Shown piece by piece: positions 39,536 to 52,995 of a DNA stretch of 64,000 nt. A program made the translations under genes and the position numbers. The notes below the pieces were generated by a model that was not told where the DNA came from, did no database searches, and saw only the letters and a list, made by a program, of their open reading frames with translations. The first letter of the stretch is position 1. The number at the start of each line of letters is the position of its first letter. Origin of the DNA: Chrysomallon squamiferum (lineage: Eukaryota; Animalia; Mollusca); the NCBI GenBank assembly GCA_012295275.1, contig CM022665.1, positions 13,206,001 to 13,270,000 on the forward strand, given 5' to 3'.

Positions 39536-41613
39536 GTTCAAAAATTATTGTTATTTAATGTACCTTAAATGCAGCAACAAGGAGTCACCTGGTGAGTGAT
39601 GACACCCCCACCTCAGAGTGGCTAATACAGGAAACTCATACTTGAAAATGAGCTACTGGGGGACTGTTCACCTTAGGTACATTAAACTATCAATTATTAA
39701 TTCATTTTTATAATAAACTGCAATTTCTCTTTTTAAATAATATTTATACTGATGAAATGTAACTAATTTCAAAATGTTTTAGAATGTAACATTATAGAAT
39801 TATTCATGTATATGTATACGTATATGTATACTGTAGAGATCTATCTACCTACTTATCTATTTATCTGTCAATCTGTCTATCACTCTATCTCTAAACACAC
39901 ACACACACATGCAAACTAGATATAAATTTATGATCTCAACATTTGATAGTAGTTTGGTTAAAATTGTAAATCTTTACAAATAGTATTTTGGTAAATACAT
40001 TTTTACAAATAATACGTAACATTTTACTAAAAAGAAAATTGATGTGAAATACTCTTAGGTAAATTCTTTGAAAATGTTTATTATTTTATTCATCAACTGA
40101 AAAATAATTTATTATTAAAACATTTAAATAAATAGAGCTTTATTTTATTTTATTATTATTATTTTTATTTTTATTTTAGTTAAGTTATTTATTTATATTT
40201 ATTATTCCTACCAAAGGGAAATCTCAGGAACTTGGGCTATGACCAAAACTGCTTTAATATGTTTAAAAGTCATTATAAAAATGAGTGCTTTGGTGGGATA
40301 ATAAGGAATATTATATTAGAGTTTTCATATTTTGTAAAATTTAAAAATATCGGATGAATTTAGACTTGCTTTGACGGGATTGGAATGGATTCTTCGGTAT
40401 AATTATGCACAATAACAATCAAAACCAAAAAGTTGAAAGCATCAGAGTCAAATCTAGTTTTGAAGAAAATATACATATAGAAAAATAGACAATGGTTTCT
40501 TTTTATGCTGATTCAGTTTACAGTGCTGTGTAAAATGAAGGATGGCTGTGTACATCTATTTATTGCTCGTTTTTTTATTAGTAGCCTACTATTGTTATTT
40601 TTCAGTATTATGAAGTATAAGGTTTCTGCATGTGAACTATAACAAGTGTACTCTCTCTCTCTCTCTCTCTCTCTTTAAAAATCTACAAGAAGGTTAGGGT
40701 GACTGTGGTGGTTCTGAATCACAAAATATAATTTGAAAACAGAAATGAATACTTATGATGGTGCAAACTTAGCCAGGCCTATATTTTAATACTTCAAAGC
40801 AATTTTCATATTGCTAGAAATCATAGTTTACTCTTCATAAAATACAATAAATCTGATAAAAAGAAAACGAAAAAAGAAGAAGAAAAAAACGACAAACTGC
40901 TGTGATTGCTTTCATTATTTTTTCCTGTGACAAGGTTTGCAAATATTAATCTAATAGACTTCAACACACTGTCAACAGTTTTCTTAAGTCTGTATTGTTT
41001 AATCTAATACAGTGAATATGAAGAATTGGGAAAGTATCTGCAGCTATGAATCTGACAAAGTTTATTTTTATTGGGATTTCTCTGCTAAAGGTAAAAAGGA
41101 CAAGTGACGATGATACATAAATATACAGCAAAGGACTGGCCTGAGAAACAATAGGTGATACATCAGTTACTTTGAGGTGTACAGAGAAATGTTTAGTTGT
41201 TAGTAGCATACGTACACTTGACATTTGACTAATAAAATAAACTCTTGAATGTATATGTATTATATACGTGAATCTGTATAAACACATTATAAATTACAGA
41301 ATAAATTCAGAATGTTAAGTGACAAAATGTTAATCTTTTCAAAGCAGTATGAACTTTACTTCAGTGCCGCGATCATCTACAGGTGATGTAAAATGTATTC
41401 ATTTTTGTAACAGATGATGTAAAACAAATTAGTTTTAAAAACAAAACAAAAACATTTTAAATTGTAACTAAAATTAAGAAAATCATTTAGTTACTTTTGA
41501 CTGCATTCATATTTATGTGTTTGCCTTGACATTTCTAAAATTTACCTCGGTAATTTAACATATATATAAGTGATATATTATACTTTAGACACAAATATTA
41601 TTTTGATATTGAT

Positions 41614-41869
41614 CAGTGGCATGCAGAGGGGGGGGGGGCGAATTTGCTGTGGCCCCGGGCAATCAAATGGGGGGGGGCATCCAATCAGAGAAAAGAACTT
41701 AATAAATTTGGTTGATTTATATTTAAATCGAATAAAGTGTGTGGTTTTTCTTTTTTTAGATATCTTCATTTCTCATAATATTTCTCAGTACTAGACCTTA
41801 TACTTGAGTCTTTGGGGCATACTATCACGGAGTTGGCCCCGGGCATCACCAGACCTCTGCATACCACTG
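41614..41869. mobile_element. hAT-type MITE
   Basis: TIRs CAGTGGCATGCAGAGG / CCTCTGCATACCACTG (1 mismatch). 8-bp TSD ATATTGAT / ATATTGGT. Subterminal GGCCCCGGG at both ends. Confidence 0.85.
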
Positions 41870-42003
41870 ATATTGGTGTCATTTTCTTTATTCATTAAAT
41901 AAAATCTTCTTGCAAATGGTGACGAATGGCCGAACAATAATAATTTTTGTTTCTTTACATTTATTTATTTTTTAAATCTTAAATTTATGTGTACAGTTAG
42001 TAA

Positions 42004-42333
42004 TACAGGTACCGGGCCAATTATCCGGCGTCCGGAAATCTGGAAAGACCAGAAAATCGGAAGTTTTTTCTTGACGCTACTTACATAGTTCGCGCGCGTG
42101 GGTGTTGTCCTCAACAGACCGGGACTACTCTTTCAAGCCGCGTGGCGTTCATTCACTCGCCGCATTGTTTACGTTTCCAGTCGCCACAGTTGTGTATCGT
42201 CAATTTTCTTTATGCTTTTAACTTTAAAATGTTTATGCCTAGTTATTTACGTATTTAGATGCCTTGGTACCAGAAAACCGGAAAATCCAGAAATCCGGAA
42301 TGGCTCAGGCCCCAAGGAGTCCGTATAATTGTA
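42004..42333. mobile_element. Probable non-autonomous DNA transposon fragment
   Basis: GC/CpG-rich island starting TACAGGT with repeated CCGGAAA(T/A)CC(G/A)G motifs near both ends. No clean TIR or TSD. Confidence 0.45.
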
Positions 42334-42505
42334 TGAACAAAAACTAAACACATTTTTGTTTTACTACAACTCAGTATCACCTAATTATAAAAAATGACAC
42401 TGAAGTTATTTGTTAAGTTTTATTTATTTATTTATCTATTTATTTTCAGCTCTCTTAATGTCACTGAAGTGACAGAAATCAGTAATTATTTGGGGGGCTA
42501 GCTTA

Positions 42506-42566
<61 letters not shown>

Positions 42567-43244
42567 TTTTGGGGAGGATTTCAATTAAAGAAAACAAAAA
42601 GTAACAAGTCACTTCCAAAAAATATGTAAATTTTATTTAAAGTGACAAAATTTAAAATGACATGAATTAGAGAATCTATATGAATAGAAGAGATGGCTTC
42701 AAAAGTCTCTCTCTCTCTCTGCGAACTATTTTTCACCCTAGTCAGACTGGTAACATCAGATATATAAACATCTCACCAGTACATAAGATATAGCCCCAAC
42801 AGCATAATAAAAGATTATGCTGGGTGTTTTAGTTGAACTCCTCACAGAAATAAAAAGAATTCGTGAACAATCATCAAAACTCGCACGTACTCACTCTCAT
42901 GCGCATAAAAGTGTTTTTATATCTACAGGTTCCCTCCATACCATTTATCCAGCTTCGGGAAATCGAGTGGTGGTGGTGTTAATAGTAATAGCAGCAGCAG
43001 CAGCAGCAGCAGCAGCATAATTTATTAAAAAATTTATCAACCGTTTTTTGATCAATGAATTTTCTGTTAGAGTGGCCAGTGTTTCCCGAAATTCAATGCA
43101 GAAAACAAAATTTGTCATTGGTTTTTCATGTTCTTGATATTAACTATACCTAATGAAATATGAAACAATGTTTTATTGATATTAAAGATAAATAGGAATA
43201 AATAACTATAAATAAACAACATTGCAGAAATAGAAAGAAATAAT

Positions 43245-43446
43245 AAAGCACGGTCGAAAAGACTGACGGGAAATTGTTTATATCGGTTATTTTTAAAAAT
43301 AACAAGTGACGTTATATATGACGTCAACAAAATATTCCGTTAGCGACTCCGCATCAAACTTGGTAAGAAGCTGCAATTTTTTCTGTTTCAGAATTAAATC
43401 GAATTATTAACTCACTGCGTTAAAACTCAGCTGTATTCAGTAAGTG
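43245..43446 (+). promoter_or_regulatory. Promoter-like block with a full CRE (copy 2)
   Basis: TGACGTCA at 43319-43326; GTAAGT donor at 43440. Confidence 0.45.
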
Positions 43447-44341
43447 CATTAAACCTAATTTAATTTAATTTAATTTTTCATATGATAACTAACAGATTAT
43501 TTTAAAGGCTAATCTGAAAAAACTCAATTCCACTTCGAAAACTGAAATTTTCAAATTTTGCATTAGAATATTTATTTACTTTTATTTTTTAAATAATTGT
43601 TACATTTTTAATAATAACAATTATCACAGTTACAGCAATGTTGTTATTGTTGCTATTGTTGCAGACTGTTGTAGATGACAGTTATTGCAGTTTTTGCACG
43701 TTATATATATTTTGTCTTGCGTAATTAACTTTCTGCAGTTCGCTAAAACGTTTTCAGAAATGTTTTCATATTTCAGCCTCCGCTTTTAAATTTAAACAGG
43801 AATATATGAACAAAATTAAATTAAAGTAGATGAAAAAAAAAAAAAAGATAAAGAAACAGTAAATAAATAATAATAATAAAACAAAAACAAAAAAATAAGT
43901 AAAGTAAAATAAGAAAAAACATTAAATAAATAAATAAATTTTTTCTAAAAATAAGGAAATCAAGAAAAAAATAAACAAATAAATAAATAAAAAATAACTA
44001 AATAAAATAAAGTAAAATAAGAAATAAAAAAATAAATAATCAATAAATAAATAAATAATAAATAAAGTAAAGATTGAAAAAATAAAAATAAATAAATAAA
44101 AAAATAATTAAAAAAATAAATAAAATAAATTTAAAAAATAATAAATAAATAAATAAATAATAAAAAATTAGAAAAAATAAAAATAACATTAAAAAAATAA
44201 TAAAAAAATAAAAAGAATTAACTTACTGACTAAATAAATAAATTAATAAATAAAATAAAATAAAAATAAAAATACAGTAGTATAATAACAGGTGGCATAG
44301 TATTAGTGTGAGGGTACTAGTAGTGGTAGTGGCAGAGATAA

Positions 44342-44378
<37 letters not shown>

Positions 44379-45479
44379 TGCAGTAGGAGGAGTAATGGTT
44401 GTGGTAACAGTAGTAGAATGTATGGTAGTGGTGGTAAGTGGTATGATAGTAGAGTAGTGATTGATGTAGTGATAGTAATGGTAGAGGTAGTAGTAGAGGT
44501 AGTAGTAATGGAGGTAATGGTAGTAATAAAAGTTGTGGTTAGCAGTAGTAATTATGGTAGTGGTAGTAGCAGTGGTAGTTGTAGCTGTAAGGTTACTGAT
44601 AGCACTGGTAGTAGTAGCTGTATGGGTACTGATAGCAATGGTAGAGGTAGTAATGGTGGTTGTGGTGGTAGTATTAGTAATAGTTGTAGTAATTGCAGTG
44701 ATAATGTTAGTAATGGTAGTGGTAGTGAGTACTGGTAGAGATAGTAGTTATGGTGGTTGTGGTTGTGGTAGTCATAGTAATGGTAGAGGCATTAGTAATG
44801 ATGGTAGTGGTTGTGGTAGTGATAGTAGTGTAGAGGAAGTAGTAGTGGTTGCAGTGGTAGTAATTTAAATTAACTAATGAAGTTTTGTTTTAGATTACTT
44901 GTTTCTTTAATTTATTTATTTATTTATGTATGTATTGTTCATTTATTTATTTATTTATTTATTTATTTATTATGTATTTGTTTATATATCATTTTTAGTT
45001 GTTTTTTTATTTATTATTTTATTTATTTATTTATTTTATTTTATTTTATTTTATTTTATTTTATTTTATTTTTATTCATTTATTTTATTTTTAATTTTTT
45101 AAAACTTTTCCAGCATCAGCTGTAAGAAAAAGCATGTTGAGAGTTTACAATTTAACAAATAATATTTATCTTCTTTTCTGAATGCTAATAAATTTTTTAG
45201 GGTTTTTTGCTAAATAAATTGTTTCTTACCTTTTCAGAACAATGTCTGTTTCAGATTGTTCAAGTATTTGTTGTTAATTATAAGATTTCAATTTCCATAT
45301 TCAGATTATTTATTTTCACTAATATCTCCATTACTGTAGCTACAAGTTATATATATAATAAGTAGCATATTAATAGTTTTAATAAACCTATTTAATAATA
45401 ACAAATTATTTTTTTTTAAATTAATCAATAAAAAATATATATATTTTTTTTTTTTTTTTAAGTTTTTAAATAAAACAAA

Positions 45480-45865
45480 ATTAAAAATTGGTATCCATTT
45501 TGTATTTTATGTTACAATAAAAATTTTAAGATTTCTTATAATTTTATTTACTACTACTACTACTACTACTATATTTTTGGGAGGGTAGGGTCAATCATTC
45601 CTCACCATTATAATAACAAAAATAATTTTAAAAAATTCAAACAATAAAAAAATTAAACAATAATTAAAAAATGGAGAGTAAAAAGAGTAATTAAGTAATT
45701 TACAACAAAAAAAATTATTAAATGTTGGTATCTGTTTTGTATTTTATGTTATGAAAAAATGTTTAAGATTTATTTTAATTTTATTATTATTATTATTTTT
45801 ATTTTATTATTATTATTATTGTTATTATTATTATTATTATTATTATTGTTATTATTATTATTATT

Positions 45866-45907
<42 letters not shown>

Positions 45908-46697
45908 ATTATTATTATTAAGTAATTAAACGATAAAACAAAATTTTAAAAATTAAATATTGCTAAATATTTACTACTACTACTACTACTACTACTATTA
46001 TATTTTTTGGAGAGTAGAGTCAATCATTCCTCACCATTATAATAACAAAAATAATTTTAAAAAATTAAAACAATAAAAAAATAAAATAATAATAAAAAAA
46101 TGGAGAGTAAAAAGAGTAATTGAGTAATTTACAAAAAAAAAAATATAAAATAAAAATAAAATAAAATATTGGTATCCATTTTGCATTTTATGTTATGATA
46201 AAAAATAAAGTAAAATAATTTAAAAATTTTAAAAATTTAAAAAGTAAACAAATATTGGTATCAATTTTGTATTTTACATTATAATTTATTTTAATTTTAT
46301 TACTACTACTATATTTTTGGAAGAGTAGAGTCAATCATTCCTCACCATTAATAATAATAATAAAATTAAAAAAAAAAAAGTAATTAAATAAAAAAATAAA
46401 ATATTTGAAAAGTCAACTTAAATATTGATATCCATTTTGTATTACTGTAGTTACAACAGCTATATATATATATTATAACACATAGTATATAAACTGATCT
46501 AATAATATTAAAATAATAAAAGTAGTTAAACTTAAAAAAAAAAATTAAAAAGAATATAATTAAATATTGGTATCCATTTTGTGTTTTATGTTACGATAAA
46601 AATTTCAAGATTTTAATTTTATTATTTTTATTTTAATTTTTTTGATATTAGTATTATTATTATATTTTTGGTGGGATAGGGTCAATTATTCCTCACC
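45480..46697. repeat. Short copy of the same satellite (4 anchors)
   Basis: Anchors at about 45592, 46021, 46333 and 46683. Confidence 0.9.
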
Positions 46698-49600
46698 GTT
46701 CAAAAATTATTACTGTTTAATGTACCTTGAATGCAGCAACAAGGAGTCACCTGGTGAGTGATGACACCCCCACCTCAGAGTGGCTAATACGGGAAACTCA
46801 TACTTGAAAATGAGCTACTGGGGGACTGTTCACCTTAGGTACATTAAACTATCAGTTATTAATTCAGTTTTATAATAAACTGCAATTTATCTTTTTAAAT
46901 AATATTTATACTGATGAAATGTAACTAATTTCAATATGTTTTAGAATGTAAAATTATATAATTATTCATGTATATGTATACTGTACGTATCTATCTACCT
47001 ATCTACTGGCACACACACATCCACACTAGATATAAATTTATGATCTCAGCTGTTTGTTTAAAATATTACAATAATTGTAAATCTTTATAAATCATATGTA
47101 ACATTTTACTGAAAAAAAAAATTGTGAAATAATCTTATGTAAATTCTTTGAAAATGTTTATAATTTTATTCATCAATTGAAAAATAATTCATTATTAAAG
47201 CATTTAAATAAATATTGCATTATGTATTTTGTTGTTTTATTTCAGTTCAGTTATTAATAAGTGTACTCTCTCTCTCTCTCTCTCATTTTAAATCTACAAG
47301 GTTAGGGTGACTGTGGTGGTTCTGAATCACAAAATATAATTTGAAAACAGAAATGAATACTTATGATAGTGCAAACTTAGCCAGGCCTATATTTTAATAC
47401 TTTCTGTACTTCAAAGCAATTTTCATATTGCTAGAAATCATAGTTTACTCTTCATAAAATACAATAAATCTGATAAAAAGAAAAAGAAAAAAGAAGAAAA
47501 AAAAAGAATGACAAACTGCTGTGATTGCTTTCATTATTTTTTTGTGACAAGATTTGTAAAATATTAATCTAATAGACTTCAACACTGTCAACAGTTTTCT
47601 TAAGTCTGTATTGTTTAATCTAATACAGTGAATATGAAGAATTGGGAAAGTATCTGCAGCTATGAATCTGACAAAGTTTATTTTTATTGGGTTTTCTCTG
47701 CTAAATGTAAAAAGGACAAGTGACGATGAATATACAGCAAAGGACTGGCCTGAGAAACAATAGGTGATACATCAGTTACTTTGAGGTGTACAAAGAAATG
47801 TTTAGTTGTTAGTATTATATGTACACTTGACACTCTTTGTGTGTGTCTGTGTACACAAAGTAATATATAGAAATAAGTTGATTTTATTTCTTGAGGCACA
47901 TAAGTGCGATAATATTAATAATAATGATAAAATTAAAATGAATAACATTATGCATGAGTGGTTCTCTATCCAAGATCGCCACTAACTTAAAGATTCCTAA
48001 CTGGTTCTTTTCCATTCTGCCTTTACCACAAACCAGTTGTATTAGCATATAAACAATTAAGAATACAAAGAACATGAATAATGTAACTGTGGCTTAATTT
48101 GCAAAGTGGTTCTTTTATGATTATTAAGATAAAACAAAGATCTCATATTTTGATCTTTTAATATGTGATCAAAGTAATATCGATACATGCCTACTAATTC
48201 TGAAGGATTTGTACAGTATATTATTGAATTACTGTGGTGATAAAAAGAGTGTTGACCAGAGATGGAATGAATATAAAATGTGTTATGACAGGAGGTAAAT
48301 TCAGTTTCAAGAAATCAAGGCCAACATTTCTGTATGCAAGTGATTGTAACAGTAATTGGCCCTGGTTTGTGGGCTGGAAATAAATACAGAAGTGATATTA
48401 ATAAATAAAATATAATAAACTAACACTTTGTTCAGATTTGATTCTTTTATAATGCTGAAGGTTCAAGTAAAAATTTAAATGTTATTAAAATTAGTTTAAT
48501 AAAAAAGAGATGAATAAATTTACTTTGTTTTATTTTAAACACTCCTAAAATCAAAATAAATTATTAAGTTTCACCTATATATTTTGTATATTTTAGTGTG
48601 AGGCAGAAAACCTTGTGCAATCAAACAAGGATCTTTCCATAAAAAAGGATATGAGGGATGTTTTATACATGTTTTGTGCACAAGAAAGATAATTTGACCA
48701 TTACTTGTCAAGTTAGTGTCCAAATTACGCCTTTCTTTTTCAACTATACAAACATACATACTCATTTCACTCATATAAAAAACCTTGAATTTGGTAATAA
48801 ATGACTGAAAGTACATGGATCTGATATTTTATTAAAACAAACCATTACAACAAATTTTAATAATATAGTATTGCACAGACATGATAACATTAATATACTC
48901 TTTTTTTCTCCATTAGTCAAGATAATTTAAATTTCAGGACACAGAATAATATGAGAGAAAAAAAAAAAATTAAGTAGAAATCCAATTTGGATCAGACTAC
49001 ATATATATATATATATATATATATGTATAAAGAAAACAGAAAAATATAAAATAAAAAGAATACAATATATTACAGGAGACATGCTTGTAAAATAAAAACT
49101 ACTTTATCAGGTAACTTAATAAAAAAAAATCTTCCACAAAAATGTCAAGACAAAACCAAAAACTATACTAATACAAAACCAGTTTCTACAAATAAAACGC
49201 ACAAATGATTCTTTGGCAGCTACTTTTATCAATTAAGTATAATAAAAGTGATTGATGTGTCATTAATTTCATTTATTATTTTATCTTCATAACAAAGTAA
49301 ATATGTTATTACCGACATACAGAAAATATTTTACAAATTGCAAAATCTACCTCAGCCACTAATAATAATCTAGAAATAACTAGCTTTAATAGAAAGAAAA
49401 TGTTGAAAAAATATGTTAAAATTAAAAGAAGTTGATGTTCACAGATAAATGGGATTATATCAAAATGTTAAAACAAAAAAAAAAAAATTTAAAAAAATCT
49501 AAAAAATAAAAATAATAATAATAAAAAATAAAAATAATATATAGAAATCTGAAACAGCCTCACAATTTGCTTTTATATTATAAAATATGATTTGAAAAGA

Positions 49601-51649
49601 TGTAAATTATTATAAAGATAATAAATTATCACAAAAATTCCTTTTGCACCTTGGATAAATGATTTAATATGTATATTAACTACATTTTCACGTTGAGTAA
49701 TTTATCTTAACATAATTATGTCATCATTCAGTAGAATTATGAATAATATTTTATTGAAAAAAGAAATAAATAAGTAAATGAATAAAAGTTTTAAAAGGTT
49801 AATAATTTTCATTAATAATGCTATATAGATCAATAGCAAATAATACATAAAATAACTATGATTTTAAAGACTAGATTTTCTTATGCTTCATGACTTAAAA
49901 ATTAACAATCAAAAAGTGCAATGTGTATAGAAATATAGATTTTAACTTACATATAAAATATTTTCTTTAATATAATATTTATGAAAGAAACACTGATATA
50001 TGTGAATATAAATATTAAACAAATAATTTTAATAAATTCCGCTGCTGTATAATTATTGAAGAAACATTTATTTAATTAGCAAGGTTCAAAGTAAGAATAG
50101 TTGCAGTTTTGACATTTTTATTATTACTCTCACATGTACATTACCACAGAAATTTATCAACTTTGTTCTTCTTAATTTTGTAAAATATCTTAAATAATGA
50201 AAAATTGTTCAGAAATGTCTGTAGTTTTTATATTTTTCAAATTAGACTGTTGATTATGTTGTTGTTGTTTTTTTTAGTTTTTAAATTCTACTTGAATAGA
50301 AAACAAGTTCAATTAAAACTATTTTAAAATAAATAAACAATATTATATTATAGGCAAAATATTATCATAAAGAAAGTCTAGCACTAATGTAATCTGCACC
50401 AAAATTTCTATTTAATGCATCCACAGGATGACAAACACAACATCACCATATCCCAAAAACTTAAGGACACTAAAATAATTAGTTCAAATAAAAAAACAAA
50501 TAAATGGTGTAATTCCAATTTCCAGAACAGAATAAAATAAAGTATAAACAAAATACAATAGTAATGGTATATATATTAGGAATAAGATTATAATAATTTG
50601 TAACTAATTTAGCCTAAATATACTTCATATATATAACAAAATATAAATAAATGAACAAAGTATTTAAATCAGTAAACAGTTAAGACATCATTATAAATAT
50701 GGGCAACATCAGATAAAATAGAGATATAATTATAATTTTCATTGCTCATATTAAGTAGCCTGGGCACTGGATTTATTTCATGATACTTTTATTCTCCAGC
50801 TCATTAAGTGATGAAAAATATGAAAGAAACTTCAGAACTGTTTTCAGGCACAAAAAAATAAAAAAATAAAAAAGATTGAAAATTAGAAATACTTTAAACA
50901 TACAACAAATAGCAACAAATCAACAAAGAATAAAAATCAATATATCTGTCTGTACATGTGTCCATGTGTGTGTATGTGTGTATTTTGTTTATGCTTATTT
51001 ATTTGAATGTGGTTGTAGAAAATTTTCATTATGTTTCAATCAGTGAAGTGCCCAAACATATCTATCATTGGTACAACCTCTGACTTCACTAGGATTTGGC
51101 CCAAGACATACTGTTTATAGATCAGAAGTATATAATACCTGTTTGTGTATCAGTATGTAGTATCTGTATATCAGTATATATATCAGTTTATATAGCTGTA
51201 TGTTTATATCTGTATATCAATATGTTTATAATATCTGTTTGTGTATCAGTATGTATATATTATCTGTATATCAGTATGTATATACTATTTGTTTATACAT
51301 CAGTATATATATATATATATAGCAATGCTAACAGTTGCTAGGGGTGCTTGCTACCTTTAATTTTTTCAGCAATGGTGAATTCCCAACCCCAAAATGTTAC
51401 ACTAATTTACCATGTTTTAAAGCAGAATGAAATCAAATATCAGTTTATTTTGTTAGGGGAATTTCTTAAAAAAACCTTAATTAAATACCGAAAATAAAGC
51501 AAAACAGGAAAATAAGTAAAAATGACAACTAAAAGAAAAGAATCACAAAAAAAAAAAAAAGTTGATTATGCTGAATAGATTATTTAAATAGACCATTTAG
51601 ACTTATCTTCTTTCACATCCTACCTTGTACCATTTGAAGTGAAGTGGTA

Positions 51650-52995
51650 GTTCCAGATTTGTGAAAAATAACCCCTTAGGAATGACAACTCTAAGTTGTC
51701 ATCTGCAGAAGTACACATCAAAAAACCCCAGAACAATGACCTATTACAAACAACAACTCTCACTCAGGAATGATTTCATGTTCATCTATCAACTGAAACA
51801 GACCTAAAACATAATATTTAACTCAATAACTCTACCTCTATTTAGGTCTTCATAAAAAGAATACTTTACAATAGATAATGCAACTTTGATAAAGATATCT
51901 CTCTTGAAAAAATATTGTGATTCAAAGTCAACTTTAACCCCAAAAACTTTAAAATTCCGACATTCAGAATATGGGTTTTTCAGAAGTGGGAAATGCAATG
52001 TATCTGTCCATTTTTTAGATATCTTCAAAATGTTTTGTGAAGCGACAGTGCCAGATTTGTGAAAAATAACCCCTCAGGAGTCACAGAAATAAACATCAAA
52101 ATAACAGAAAAATTACCTATTAACAAACGACAACTCTCACTCAGGAATGATTTCATGTTCATCTATCAGTTGAAACAGACCTAAAACATATTTAACTCAA
52201 TAACTCTGTCTCTATTTAGGTCTTCATAAAAAAAATACTTTATAATAGATAATGCAACTTTGATAAAGATATCTCTCTCTTGAAAAAATTGATTCAAATT
52301 CAACTTTTTAACCAAAACAAAAACTTTAAAATTCCATTTATCTCTCCATTTTTTAGACATCTTCAAAATGTTTTGTGAAGCAATAGTGCCAGATTTGTGA
52401 AAAAATAACCTCTCAGGAATGACAACTCTATGTGGTTGTCTGCAGAAATAAACATCAAAATAACAGAACAATTACCTATTAACAAACAACAACTCTCATT
52501 CAGGAATGATTTCATGTTCATCTATCAACTGAAACAGACCTAAAACATAATATTTAACTCAATAACTCTACCTCTATTTAGGTCTTCATAAAAAAAATAC
52601 TTTACAATAGATAATGCAACTTTGATTAAGATATCGCTCTCAAAACAATATTGTGATTCGAAGTCAACTTTAACCCCAAAAACCTTAAAATTCCAACATT
52701 CAGAATATGGGTTTTTCAGAAGTGTGAAATGCAATGTATCTGTCCATTTTCTAGATATCTTCAAAATGTTTTGTGAAGCAATAGTGCCAGATTTGTGAAA
52801 AATAACCCCTCAGGAGTCACAGAAATAAACATAAAAATAACAGAAAAATTACCTATTAACAAACGACAACTCTCACTCAGGAATGATTTCATGTTCATCT
52901 ATCAGTTGAAACAGACCTAAAACATAATATTTAACTCAATAACTCTACCTCTATTTAGGTCTTCATAAAAAGAATACTTTATAATAGATAATGCA
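51650..52995. repeat. Tandem repeat, about 3.5 units of ~340-400 bp
   Basis: CCAGATTTGTGAAAAA anchor at about 51653, 52051, 52389 and 52787; near-identical repeated pseudo-ORFs in the ORF track. Confidence 0.92.

Larger units (their letters stand above)
30300..41222. repeat. Local segmental duplication, copy 1
   Basis: Same-orientation homology with 43005-47832 in block A (~30380-31045), the GTA-rich tract, the satellite, block B (~39520-39790) and block C (~40640-41222). Confidence 0.92.
43005..47832. repeat. Local segmental duplication, copy 2
   Basis: Same block order as copy 1, with a shorter satellite and no 40.2-40.6 kb insert. Confidence 0.92.

Noticed and set aside
32500-39580. GTATCCATTT in each satellite unit as a U12-type donor, with ACCTTRAA before an AG in block B as a branch site
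   Set aside because: Both deviate from the strict consensus (RTATCCTT; TCCTTRAY) and the branch-to-AG spacing is too short. No other support.
39745-39790. CTGATGA-stem-CAAA resembling a hammerhead ribozyme core (also ~46911, ~19555, ~24788)
   Set aside because: The required GAAA and/or stems I-III are missing.
41000-41150. ATGAAGA/GTGACGA...CTGA pairs in block C as C/D snoRNAs
   Set aside because: The boxes are only ~30-40 nt apart, there is no terminal stem, and one interval has an indel between the copies.
44418-44868. 100+ aa ORFs rich in V/S/G, and similar short ORFs at 31.5, 9.2, 16.1, 22.0 and 60.8 kb
   Set aside because: They are translations of microsatellite or low-complexity tracts.
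51804-52764. Three similar 74-96-aa ORFs suggesting a small gene family
   Set aside because: They are by-products of a tandem repeat, start at non-ATG codons, and have frame-disrupting indels between units.
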